64,000 bases of DNA from a virus: the IMG/VR virus record IMGVR_UViG_3300005279_000195. One strand, 5' to 3'. Below are positions 9,211 to 18,645 of this stretch, piece by piece. Each line of letters opens with the position of its first letter. Position 1 is the first letter of the stretch. The position numbers and the translations under genes were made by a program. The notes under the pieces are model-generated. The model was not told the DNA's origin, searched no databases, and saw nothing but the letters and a program-made list of their open reading frames with translations.

Positions 9211-9314
9211 CTCTTTTTCGAGTCTCCTTTCTGCCGCGGTTACCCGCCGCGATATGGTTACCACACCACCACTGCTTGTATGTCTACGCCGGGTACAAGT
9301 CCCGACGTGTCCTT

Positions 9315-9455
9315 TCATTTGCCGACCATATATAACCGCTTGCTAAAACCAGTGCTCGGTATCATTTGATAGCCTCGTATAACCACTTGTTAAAACTAAG
9401 GCGCGGTATCATTTGCCGACCATGTATAACCACTTGTTAAAACCGGCCGTGCTGT
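9315..9455. repeat. 47-bp tandem repeat x3 (TCATTTG..TATAACC.CTTG.TAAAAC..)
   Basis: Units start at 9315, 9362 and 9409; exact 47-bp period with a conserved core. Confidence 0.9.
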
Positions 9456-9528
9456 TATGGATAGTATGCTTGTTAAACCCAAACACCTCGCGCGGGCCGT
9501 CCCACGCCTACCCGTCTCAACTCGCATT

Positions 9529-9565
9529 CCCCGCCTGTACCCCTCCGCTACCCCTCCGAGACCCC
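9529..9565. repeat. 11-bp periodic CCCC-N7 x4 (G4N7G4N7G4N7G4 on the minus strand)
   Basis: C4 tracts at 9529, 9540, 9551 and 9562. Confidence 0.9.
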
Positions 9566-9689
9566 TCTCACGCCGCAAGTCTATCTTGCTGCTCCCTTCC
9601 CTGCCTCGGCCACGCGGAGCACCAAGGTGCCGAGTGCGCCTGTCGTGGCGTTATATCTCGCGGAGCGGTTTGCTTTGCAACCTAACCCA

Positions 9690-9916
9690 AGCGCAGGAGA
9701 GCCCCGTTGTTGCTCCTCCGAGCAACCTTATCTCAGCGCAAGACCGTCGCGCTGTTACTCCCCCGCCCCAACACACCGAGCGCAAGAACTCCGCGTTGCT
9801 GGTCGCTGCGGCAACCTTTGCGGCGCTCGTCTTACTCGGCCAATGTCGCGGTGATTTGCCCGCCGAGATACTTGTCCCCGGAGAAGTGTTCTAAGCGCAA
9901 GAATGCCCTGTTGCTA
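9690..9916. repeat. degenerate AGCGCA(A/G)GA-N6/7-(G/C)TG(C/T)T motif x4
   Basis: Copies at 9690, 9735, 9779 and 9894; a weaker copy at ~9574. Confidence 0.65.
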
Positions 9917-9933
9917 CCCGCCGTGCACGTCGC

Positions 9934-10767
9934 TTAGACTCTGAAGTCGAGTTCTTCGCGCACAGCCTGAGCCGGGTCGTGCGGCATGAATTTCGGGTCT
10001 ATGAGCGTGAGCAGCGAGTTGCCGTCCTTGTCATCCTGTATGCGCCACGGCGACAGGAACATATCCACTGCGACGAAGAGATTGAACACGGACTCCAACG
10101 ACGAGATGAAGAAGTCGCAGTAGACCTGGTCGAGCGTCTTGCCGTAGACCTTGGCGAACTTCTCATAGAAGTCTTTGCCGAACTTCACCGCCGGAATGGT
10201 CTTGGACATCACCAACCGAGCCGTTATGGTCTCGGCCTGTCCCGGCTTGAACCCGTTCTCCTCCTTGACGAACGAACGCGTGAAGTTGGGTATCGAGTGG
10301 AAGGACAGCTCAGCGTAACTGGTTATGGGTCTTGTCTGTGACGGAGCGTAGTCCGGGTCGAACTTGGGCACGGTGCGGAGCATCTCGGCCAAGTCCGCGC
10401 CGCTCTTACCTATCTTGGAAGTAGCGTACTCCTCCAGCATCTTGCGCAGCGGCATGGACACTATCTCGTACTGGTTGGACTGATACGCGCGTTTGATGAT
10501 AGGCGACCCTTCATGCTGAGCATAGATGTTGATATACCCGTCAAGGTCATCCTTCTCAAAGACTATGGGCACATAGCGAAGCCACGCCGAACTGATGTCC
10601 AGCGCCTTCGCCAGTGCCTCTACATCTGCGTCCGATATATCGGAGCGGTTCTGCTTCCAATCACCGTACTGGCGCGATGTGTTGGGGTCTTTGCCGAGCG
10701 CCTTCATCACGTCGTTGTTGGACATCCCGTTCATGTTCTGCCAATACTCTGCATAAAAGTAATTCAT
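9934..10767 (-). CDS. protein with N-terminal XRE-like HTH (277 aa)
   Basis: GMSNNDVMKALG...YGDWKQNRSDISDADVEALAKALDISSAWL; AGAAAGGA RBS. Confidence 0.7.
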   Translation of the reverse strand: MNYFYAEYWQNMNGMSNNDVMKALGKDPNTSRQYGDWKQNRSDISDADVEALAKALDISSAWLRYVPIVFEKDDLDGYINIYAQHEGSPIIKRAYQSNQYEIVSMPLRKMLEEYATSKIGKSGADLAEMLRTVPKFDPDYAPSQTRPITSYAELSFHSIPNFTRSFVKEENGFKPGQAETITARLVMSKTIPAVKFGKDFYEKFAKVYGKTLDQVYCDFFISSLESVFNLFVAVDMFLSPWRIQDDKDGNSLLTLIDPKFMPHDPAQAVREELDFRV

Positions 10768-10826
10768 AAAATCGTCCTTTCTTTTTCTGATTTCCTTTCT
10801 TCCACTCCCGTCTTCCACTCCCCTCG

Positions 10827-12245
10827 TTACTCTGTTATCTTCCGCGTCTCAGCCGCACCCGCGTACCACTGTTGTACCCGTGGGAAGCGGTCGCCAAGTT
10901 GGGCCACCACAGCTCCTATGCGCTCCTCTACCTTGCCGAGTTTACCGTCGTCGGCTACCGTGGCGCGCTTGTGCACGTCGGTCAGTTTATCCGCGATGCC
11001 CTTCTCGAACCAGAAGGCGTAGTCTTCATTGCCGAGCATATCCCACGGCGCATTCTCGACTGTACCCTCGACGTTCTTGCCGATACCCACAGCGTTCCAA
11101 ACCGCGGACACATACCGCACACCCGCCGTCATAATATCCTCGGCGGCACGCTCGCCGCGAACCTTCTCAGCGAGAACATCCGCCCAGTCTTTAGTGACGC
11201 CGGACTTGTTGTGTGTGTATCTGCACGGCAACTGTGGCGGCACGTGAGGTGCGACAGCATAGCGCGGCTTAAGGAGCGTTGTGAGCGCTTCCGTAGCGCC
11301 GACGCCCGCGACGTCCTCTGACTTGTTATCGAACGCGAAGACTATCTTGTTTATCTCGGGGTGCTGGTCGAGACGATTACGCAGACCGGGCGGCACAGCG
11401 GTATATGTCGCCGACACGCCTTCCAGAGACACGAACGACATGGCAGACCATGCGCGACCCGCGCGTTTGAGGAGTGTCATGTACGCCATCGCATCGGTGA
11501 CCGACTCAAAGAGTGTGAGCAGGTCGGACTTACCTGAGAAGTAGCAAGGAAGGAACTGAGTCTTATTAGAGCCCTTGCACGACCCGCCGGGGTAGTGCTC
11601 GTGACCCGTCTCCGGGTCGATTTGCGGGAGCAGGAACTTCCACGACGCGGCCCTCGGTGTGCCATCCGTATCGTAGGCGACGAAGATAGCGTTATGGGCC
11701 CAATAGACAGAGCCATCTTTACGAACACGCTTCTGATTAGACTCATAAACGAGGCCTTGGTTCATGTAGAACTCCAGCACCTCGCGGTCGATACAACGGC
11801 GACCGCAGAGCGACTGCACGAGCTGGTTACTGTTGGGCGACTTGGCAGGCAGCCGGAACAACCCGTCGTCGACATAGTCCTCCACGATAAACTCAGTCTG
11901 AGTCTCCGCGAGTCGTTGAGCACGACCTGCGATACGTGACTGTACCTCCGCAGCACGGTTGGCATCGGCGATACCGAGCACGTCGCGCATACGGTTAAAG
12001 ACATCTATCGGAGCGGTAATGCCTTCGATTTTGCGGATGTAGTCGTAGGCGCCGTAGCCGTTTATACCGCGCGCCCACCATGTCCAGACATTCTTCTCCT
12101 CGTTGTAAGTAAACGAAGACATCTCGTGTCCGTCCGGATGTTGAACCAGAGTAATGACGCTGCCGTGTCGCTGATACGAGTAGTTAAGTGCATCGAGATA
12201 GTCCAACAGGGACAGCGAATTAAGGTCGTTGTTATCAAACGCCAT
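10827..12245 (-). CDS. DUF3991/Toprim primase-like protein
   Basis: N-terminal W.WW.RG..G..A.DY region; LC.RRCID.EV...Y...GL+YE (DUF3991-like); LFES..DA+AY and FAFDN (Toprim). Confidence 0.8.
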   Translation of the reverse strand: MAFDNNDLNSLSLLDYLDALNYSYQRHGSVITLVQHPDGHEMSSFTYNEEKNVWTWWARGINGYGAYDYIRKIEGITAPIDVFNRMRDVLGIADANRAAEVQSRIAGRAQRLAETQTEFIVEDYVDDGLFRLPAKSPNSNQLVQSLCGRRCIDREVLEFYMNQGLVYESNQKRVRKDGSVYWAHNAIFVAYDTDGTPRAASWKFLLPQIDPETGHEHYPGGSCKGSNKTQFLPCYFSGKSDLLTLFESVTDAMAYMTLLKRAGRAWSAMSFVSLEGVSATYTAVPPGLRNRLDQHPEINKIVFAFDNKSEDVAGVGATEALTTLLKPRYAVAPHVPPQLPCRYTHNKSGVTKDWADVLAEKVRGERAAEDIMTAGVRYVSAVWNAVGIGKNVEGTVENAPWDMLGNEDYAFWFEKGIADKLTDVHKRATVADDGKLGKVEERIGAVVAQLGDRFPRVQQWYAGAAETRKITE

Positions 12246-12272
12246 AGTATATTATCTCCTTTATAACCCAAG

Positions 12273-12473
12273 TCAGGCGGGGCGGTTGCCCTCAATCATT
12301 TTGCGCAAGAGTTCTTCTCTCTCGGCAAGGCCGTCATGCAAGGGCACAGACTTGTCCGGGGCCACCACCTTAACGGTGGAGAAGAGTTCCAAAGGACCCA
12401 CACTTTGTCGTTGCGCACCGCCTTCCACCCAACTTCTTTTCTTCTTTTCATTCGAGTTGTACGTTATATCCAT
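12273..12473 (-). CDS. small hypothetical protein (66 aa)
   Basis: AGGAGG RBS. Confidence 0.55.
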   Translation of the reverse strand: MDITYNSNEKKKRSWVEGGAQRQSVGPLELFSTVKVVAPDKSVPLHDGLAEREELLRKMIEGNRPA

Positions 12474-12500
12474 AAGTCTTAGGGCCTCCTGCCCGAGTGA

Positions 12501-12716
12501 TTAGAACACGCTATCGCCTGACATAAGCCAGTCGAAGAACGGGTTGGTCTTGCCGACCTTCGCAGCCAGACTCACGGCCTCTTTCATATCCGCAACAGAC
12601 AGTCCGGACGAGAGAAGCGTCATAGGGTCAGCGACAAAGTCGGAGAGTTCTTTTGCCGACATAACGCCGGCTTTACGCAATGCTTTGATGAGTGTGATTT
12701 TCTTTTCGAAGTTCAT
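12501..12716 (-). CDS. small hypothetical protein (71 aa)
   Basis: AGAAAGGA RBS before the ATG at 12716. Confidence 0.65.
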   Translation of the reverse strand: MNFEKKITLIKALRKAGVMSAKELSDFVADPMTLLSSGLSVADMKEAVSLAAKVGKTNPFFDWLMSGDSVF

Positions 12717-12973
12717 AGTGAATATCCTTTCTGCCCGCAATTAACGGCGCGGGCTGACCGAAATATCTCCCCTCTTTTCTTTATTTCCAACGCCAAGAGA
12801 TTTCCTATTGAGATGAAATTAAAGAAAAGCGTGGAAACAGAAAACCCGACCATCTCAGCGATGACCGGGCTAACCGTGTTGAAAAACTAGGACTTTTAAT
12901 ATCCAAAAAGAGACTAATACCGCCCCTCTTGCGGGGCAACTATATCTTATCACTTCTGCTAACTGTTTGCAAG

Positions 12974-15688
12974 TCAGGCACCCCCGGCGCTTAATCCGCC
13001 GTCGGCCGCGCGGAGTCTGTTTGCGAGCTCAATCTCCTCCTCTGTCGCGCCTCTCATATACGCGATTATGTCCGGGTCGGCAACGATAGCGGCGTGCCTC
13101 GCGGCCTCCGACCACGGATAGTTACGCACGAGCGACGGCATCCGCGAGACGCACTCCGCGATGACCTCGTCGGGAGCATCCGTCCAGAAGAGCACCGCCG
13201 CCGGGTCCGCCGCGACTGCTGCCTGTCCGAGCTCGGGCGGCACAGCGGAGAGCTGCGATATGAGGTACGGCTGTTGCGACACCGCGTCTATCCAGAGCGG
13301 CAGCGCGGAGCCTTCGAACGCGAGTATGGCGCGCGGGTTGCGGTGCACAGCGCGCGCTATCATATCCTCGTCGAGGTGTGCTGTCGGGATAAGCGGCAGG
13401 ATATCGTCCCCGCCGTTGGTGATGGCCGCGACGGACAACTCGCGCGGGAGGGCGTCGGGGTATCCGGGATAGTCGGTGACAAGCGAGGGCTTGTCGAGGA
13501 TGGCCTGACGCCAGTCTTCGAGTTCCGCGTTGGGGTAGTCCTTGACGCGGTCAGGGTCAGCGGCGATGACAATCTGCCTGATTTCACGGATAGGCGCGGT
13601 GAAGTATGCAAGCACTTTGTAGTTCTGCTCCTGTTCGAGGAACGCGCGCTGCCACGCTTCGGGGATGTCGTCTCTGAACTGGAATATGACGGGGTATTTG
13701 AACGCGAGGTCGCGCAGCTCCGTGTCGTTCTCGTCGAAGACCACGTCGGTTTGGGCGAACCTGAGCTTGGTTTCGAGCGGTATCTCGTTGTGGTTTAAGA
13801 GCACCGCGCCTTTGCCCGAGCCCGCGAAGATATCCCACTCAGTAGCAGGCCACGTATCGTCGTGCGTCACCTCGCACAAGCCGGGCCTAAGGCCCTGTTT
13901 GAGTCCCGTGCGGTCTTTGAAGATGCGCGCCGAACTCTTGTAGTCTGAGTAGATGCGCTGGCTGTTGAGCGTGGTCGGCATATTAGCCTGCATCCGCGGG
14001 TGTTCGGCAAGCGGCGACCCCCACGTGCGGTATCGTCCGGCAACGTAGCCTGTGCCCATGTGCACGTTGGTGTACGGGAGCGCGGCGACATAGTCCGAGA
14101 TAAGACCCGCGTACGACGCCACGACGTCATCGTTGGCGAACTCGATATTGTCAAAGACGAACGTGCTCTTGAGTTCATCCGTCCAGACGAACGCCTGTGC
14201 GAGGATATCCTGACCTTCTCGCTCGATAACGACAACCGCGGCGAACGGGTCGGTGGTAAGCTTCCACACGCACGCGCCGCCCGCCTGGTTCCAGCGCTGG
14301 CAGCAGTTGGTGTCATACCCGACCGTGTAGTTACGCAGGTCGTCGGCTTTGAGCATATACATCTTGAGGTTGCCTTGGGAAACTACTATGTCGCGGCCCG
14401 CTATCGCGACGCGGTTATCTGCGAACCTGTAGTCGTAAGCGCTCTCATAGTTGGCTTTATCTTCGAGTGCCAGCGCGAACTTGGTCTTGTTGAGCATATC
14501 CTGCGCGGACACATCCTGCTCCCAGAGGAACGGGCGCTTGGCGTACTGATGCAGGCACTCCTCGATAACCGACCACGGCTCGTTCTTGTGCGCGGAGAAC
14601 CACTCGCCGAACCCGTCCGCGATAAGGGTGTGCAGGTCCTTGACGGCGATGTTGGCCGCGAGGAACGCGGGTGTGTCCTTCTTGCACTGCGAGAAGTCTA
14701 TGTGCGAAGACAGCGCGAGGAGCACCGGGGACTGAGACTGTGCGACCTTGGACAGCGAGTTCAGGTTGAACTCCGCGACAATGTCATCCGGGTCGGCGCA
14801 CCCCGCGGCTATCTGCGCCTGCGCGTACTCACGCAGAACTCGTGGCGCTCTCCTGTACTTATCCTCAAATTTCTTTTTTAATTCCGACAAATAGTTCTCA
14901 TCCACGGCGTGTAGCCCGGACTCTGTTGTACCGAACGCCACATCTCGGGTTATGACCGCGTTGGGATGCGCCTGTCTATACAGGTACGCGTTGTTGAGCA
15001 GTGTCGTGGGGCAGTAGTTCTCGCCTGCGATGAGGCGCTTCTCGTACGGTGAGAGCGCGGAGAAGAACTTCACAGCGTCTATACTCGGTATGTAGTTCCA
15101 CGTAGCGGCATTGTGCCCGTTCTCAGCGAAGAGGAAGAACACGCGCTGCATATCGCGACCGAGCTTGATTTTCTCCGCGGTGGGCACTGACGTGTCGAGC
15201 GCCAGCTGCGGCGGAATACCGAGCGCGTCGGCGATGTGCCGGATAAGGTCTTCGCGGTCCGGAGTGTCAACCTCGGTGAAGCGTCCGGACGTGTAGTTGT
15301 CCTCGTCATCGAAGATACCCTCGAACAGTCGCGCGATGCGTTCCCAGTCGGGGTCCTCGTAGAGATGTTGTCTCCAATCTCGTATATCTTCGAGGTCAGT
15401 CTCGCGCGTCGGGTTCTCGGCGTAGTAGTCGCGCTCACGGGCGCGGGTCGACGACGAGTGCCAGCGCTCGGGCGCTTCGGGCCCGGCCTGAACCGACTCG
15501 GGCGCCCACCGCGTAGTCTCATAGTCGCGGCCGAAGCTGTACGCCTCTATGTCGGTCGCGTTGATGGGCGCGCCTTCGAGGAGCGAGTCATAGACCTCCG
15601 CGAGGGAGTGCTCCGAGTATATGTTGTAGAGTATGGTGTCGTTGACTATGAAGTGCAACGGCTGTGCTTTAGAGTTGAAAACTATCAT
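12974..15688 (-). CDS. 904-aa multidomain protein: central PcfJ-like/GNAT-like CCQ domain, C-terminal DUF4116-like helical repeats
   Basis: G..TNCCQ.....G.ACV.....DPFAAVVVIE....ILAQAFVW......VFDNIE; repeats AVHRNPRAI, AVSQQPYLI, AVAADPAAV, AIVADPDII. Confidence 0.6.
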   Translation of the reverse strand: MIVFNSKAQPLHFIVNDTILYNIYSEHSLAEVYDSLLEGAPINATDIEAYSFGRDYETTRWAPESVQAGPEAPERWHSSSTRARERDYYAENPTRETDLEDIRDWRQHLYEDPDWERIARLFEGIFDDEDNYTSGRFTEVDTPDREDLIRHIADALGIPPQLALDTSVPTAEKIKLGRDMQRVFFLFAENGHNAATWNYIPSIDAVKFFSALSPYEKRLIAGENYCPTTLLNNAYLYRQAHPNAVITRDVAFGTTESGLHAVDENYLSELKKKFEDKYRRAPRVLREYAQAQIAAGCADPDDIVAEFNLNSLSKVAQSQSPVLLALSSHIDFSQCKKDTPAFLAANIAVKDLHTLIADGFGEWFSAHKNEPWSVIEECLHQYAKRPFLWEQDVSAQDMLNKTKFALALEDKANYESAYDYRFADNRVAIAGRDIVVSQGNLKMYMLKADDLRNYTVGYDTNCCQRWNQAGGACVWKLTTDPFAAVVVIEREGQDILAQAFVWTDELKSTFVFDNIEFANDDVVASYAGLISDYVAALPYTNVHMGTGYVAGRYRTWGSPLAEHPRMQANMPTTLNSQRIYSDYKSSARIFKDRTGLKQGLRPGLCEVTHDDTWPATEWDIFAGSGKGAVLLNHNEIPLETKLRFAQTDVVFDENDTELRDLAFKYPVIFQFRDDIPEAWQRAFLEQEQNYKVLAYFTAPIREIRQIVIAADPDRVKDYPNAELEDWRQAILDKPSLVTDYPGYPDALPRELSVAAITNGGDDILPLIPTAHLDEDMIARAVHRNPRAILAFEGSALPLWIDAVSQQPYLISQLSAVPPELGQAAVAADPAAVLFWTDAPDEVIAECVSRMPSLVRNYPWSEAARHAAIVADPDIIAYMRGATEEEIELANRLRAADGGLSAGGA

Positions 15689-18642
15689 CCTTGAGTCCTC
15701 CCTGCCTGCTGCTCTGCATCCTGTTGCTCTGTCTCCGCGTTCTCCGCCGCGTCGAGGGGTTCCGGGCCGGTCGGGCCGCGGTCACCCGTAGCGCGTTCGG
15801 CGTTCTGCTGCGCGATATAGTCGGAGACGGACATCTGCATATCCACGCCGCCTTCGGCGAGGGGTTCTTCCGCGAGCGCGGGGTCGGCGATGACCTCGCC
15901 TGTAACCTGCGCGGCAGCCTCCTGCTCGGCACGACGCGCGGCGCGCTGCTGGCGGCGCCATGTGGCGTAGGCCTGAGCCTGCAGACGCTGCTTGTAGTTG
16001 TAAGTAACGCCGAGTAAGCTATGCGCCTCTTCGAGGAACCAGTTGTGATACTCGCCGCCTTTGGGGATAGCGTCTTCTTTAGCCGGGAGGAGGAAAGTAC
16101 CCGTCATAACGAGCTCCTCCTTAGCGCGGGTTGCCGCAACGAACCAGAGACGGAGATTCTCGTCGAACTCGGGGTTCTCGGTGTAGTTGTCATGCTTGTG
16201 ATACTGGTTCTTATCGAAGCGGGAGAGTGTGACGTAGGTTTTGTCCCACTCAAGGCCCTTGGCCGAGTGCGCGGTTGTTATGCAGACGCCTTCGTACACA
16301 CCCTCGCGGCGGAAGGTGTCTTTGCGGCCGTAGCGGTCGAACGCGCGGAAGAAGTCATCGAGCTGAGTGTAGGAAGTACAGCGCTCGATTTTCTCAAGAA
16401 AGTCGCGGTAGCACGCATCGAACATCCCGTCCGGGTCGATGCTGTCGAGAGCGCGGGCTGCGCGGATGAACGCGGACGTCGAGCGCACTGTCGGGAAGCG
16501 GAACTCCTCTATGGCCTGCTCGATTTCTTCTTTTGTTTTCCCTTTGAGACTCCCGTGCCCCATCGCGTTGATGTACGCCGCGATACCAAGAGTACCGCCG
16601 CCGCGCCACGCCTTCCAGAACTCGGTGATGGCACGTACGCGCGGGTCTTTGTAGTACGGAACGGGATTGCAGACCGTTGCCGGAATACCGCGGCGTGCAA
16701 GCTCCGCGGCGATAGGTTCGAGGTCACGGGTCTCGCGGCCCAAGACCGCGATAGATGACGGAGCGCGGCCTGCGGCGATATCCTGCTCGATTTGAGAGCA
16801 GATGAACTGGACTTCGGCATCGGCCGTGTAGAAGCCTCGGACGACAGGCTGAGTCTCAGACTGCTTCGGCGTTACGAGCGGCGCTGTTGCGGCGCGGGAG
16901 ATACGCAGTGAGTTAATCTTGTTGGCGAGGTTCACGATAGGCTGCGGACAGCGCCGGCAAGTCAGAAGGTTCAAATCGGAAAACTCGCCGAAATAGCGGT
17001 CGAAGTTAATCATATACTCAGGTGACGTGAAGCGGAACCCGAAGATAGACTGCGAGTCATCGCCGACCGCCATGAACGACTCGTTGGAGTCCGTGTTAAT
17101 CATTTTCTGAAGGAGCTCGATTTGCGGCAGGTCAGTGTCCTGAAACTCATCGACGATGATGTGTTTGTAGCCCAGAGTGTTGTAGAAATCCGGGTCCATG
17201 TCGCCGAGTTTGCGGACGAGTTTAATCTGGTCGTCGAACTCGACAAGGTTCTTCGCTTTGAGGATTTCCTGATACCGCGTAAACATACGCCGTATCTGAC
17301 CCTCGCACCCGCGGGGCGCGGCAGCCGGGTCGAAGTGGTCGGCTTTGAGGAGCCCGAAGAACTTGACAAGCTGCTTTGTCGCGTTCTTGTCGTACTTATT
17401 CGCAAACTTCTGGCCGTTGGTCGCGTCCACGAACGACGCGTAGTTCCACTCGCGGATAACGGGGAACTCGGCAAGGACCCTGTTGATAATGTCATACTTA
17501 GTCGCGTCGTCTATGACCGACGGGCGGTCAGTGAAGCCTAAGGCTTCATAGTTATCCTGTATAAGCGTCATACAGAACGAGTTGAACGTACCGCACGTCA
17601 TCGCGTCCGGGTCGAACGTCACGCCGCCGTCTTCGCAGTATTGACGAATACGCGCGGTCATCTCCTCCGCACCTGCGCGGGTGAAAGTCAGAAGCGCAAT
17701 GTCCCGCTCCGGAACGCCTGACCGCAGCAACTCGCGGACGCGGAACGCAACGACTAAGGTCTTGCCCGCACCCGGCCCGGCATTGACTCGGGCAACACCC
17801 TCGCGGAAAGACACAACCGCCTGTTGTTCGGGCGAGAGTGTAATCTCCGATATGGGTCGCACCACGCGCAGCGCGTCTTCGGCAAGCGCGGGCTCTTCGT
17901 AGTGGCAGATGCACTCCATATCACAGCGCTCGCAGTCCTCGCCCGAGCATCGTACCGGGACATAGTCCTCGGCAGCCTCGCGCGCGGCGATATCCTGCTG
18001 TTCGCGTTCCACAGTGCGGATGACCTCGTCGATAGGCGCAACGCGCGTACCGCCGTCGGTTCTGCTGCGGGTAGACCCTTCGAGGAAAATCTCCATCACG
18101 CCGGGCCGTTCCTGCGGCAACCCGGTCTCCTCCTCGCGCTCCTCGGCCAGCTTCTCGGCGTACGTGTATAGCGCGTAAGCCTCACGCGACTCTTCGAGCG
18201 AGAGTTTCATAGTGGGCTTGTACTTGCCGGTCTTAACGCGCCCGACATAGATACGCCCGTCATCGGGGCGGGTCATAACGACATCGACGAGGGCACGGAG
18301 GTCCTCGCCGAAATAGTCAATAGTGGTGTCGGCGTCATACGGCACGCGCGAGATAGTCCAGCCCTGCTCGCGCATAGTCTCGCCGCGGAGTGCGATGCCT
18401 TTGATGCACTGTTCCCAGTGGTCGAGGTTCTCAACCATCTGGTCGTAGGACTCGAACCGGTATCCGGCCTGAGTTAAGCGCGACAGCAGCTCGCCGCGGA
18501 TGTTGTCTATGTGCCCGCCGCAGAACGCGCGCAGCGCAACTGCTTTGACGGCGCGGGCGCGGAGCAGGTGGTCGGATGCCGCCTTGACCGACGCGTGTCC
18601 TGGGCACAGGTCTCTGTTGTAGAGGTCTGAAGAAGTCTTCAT
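15685..18642 (-). CDS. SF1A (UvrD/PcrA-like) helicase with N-terminal Cas4/PD-(D/E)XK-like Fe-S domain
   Basis: Walker A AGPGAGKT, IVDEFQD, VGDDSQSIFGFR, TAHSAKGLEW, FVAATRAKEEL; N-terminal Cys pattern C13 plus CSGEDCERCDMEC. Confidence 0.9.
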   Translation of the reverse strand: MKTSSDLYNRDLCPGHASVKAASDHLLRARAVKAVALRAFCGGHIDNIRGELLSRLTQAGYRFESYDQMVENLDHWEQCIKGIALRGETMREQGWTISRVPYDADTTIDYFGEDLRALVDVVMTRPDDGRIYVGRVKTGKYKPTMKLSLEESREAYALYTYAEKLAEEREEETGLPQERPGVMEIFLEGSTRSRTDGGTRVAPIDEVIRTVEREQQDIAAREAAEDYVPVRCSGEDCERCDMECICHYEEPALAEDALRVVRPISEITLSPEQQAVVSFREGVARVNAGPGAGKTLVVAFRVRELLRSGVPERDIALLTFTRAGAEEMTARIRQYCEDGGVTFDPDAMTCGTFNSFCMTLIQDNYEALGFTDRPSVIDDATKYDIINRVLAEFPVIREWNYASFVDATNGQKFANKYDKNATKQLVKFFGLLKADHFDPAAAPRGCEGQIRRMFTRYQEILKAKNLVEFDDQIKLVRKLGDMDPDFYNTLGYKHIIVDEFQDTDLPQIELLQKMINTDSNESFMAVGDDSQSIFGFRFTSPEYMINFDRYFGEFSDLNLLTCRRCPQPIVNLANKINSLRISRAATAPLVTPKQSETQPVVRGFYTADAEVQFICSQIEQDIAAGRAPSSIAVLGRETRDLEPIAAELARRGIPATVCNPVPYYKDPRVRAITEFWKAWRGGGTLGIAAYINAMGHGSLKGKTKEEIEQAIEEFRFPTVRSTSAFIRAARALDSIDPDGMFDACYRDFLEKIERCTSYTQLDDFFRAFDRYGRKDTFRREGVYEGVCITTAHSAKGLEWDKTYVTLSRFDKNQYHKHDNYTENPEFDENLRLWFVAATRAKEELVMTGTFLLPAKEDAIPKGGEYHNWFLEEAHSLLGVTYNYKQRLQAQAYATWRRQQRAARRAEQEAAAQVTGEVIADPALAEEPLAEGGVDMQMSVSDYIAQQNAERATGDRGPTGPEPLDAAENAETEQQDAEQQAGRTQG

Positions 18643-18645
18643 ATC

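Noticed and set aside
9315-9455. Mini-CRISPR array
   Set aside because: Variable stretches are only 6-7 nt; there is no 30-40 nt spacer.
9575-9589. MOBP nic-like sequence CTATCTTGC in a small hairpin as oriT
   Set aside because: The match is too short and also occurs inside a coding region (~2646); oriT is more often next to the relaxase, beyond the window end.
9457-9937. ORFs 9457..9894 and 9707..9937 with RK..LLLP peptide repeats
   Set aside because: Opposite strand to all neighbours, no RBS, and the repeat shifts frame between copies, so it is better explained as a DNA-level repeat.
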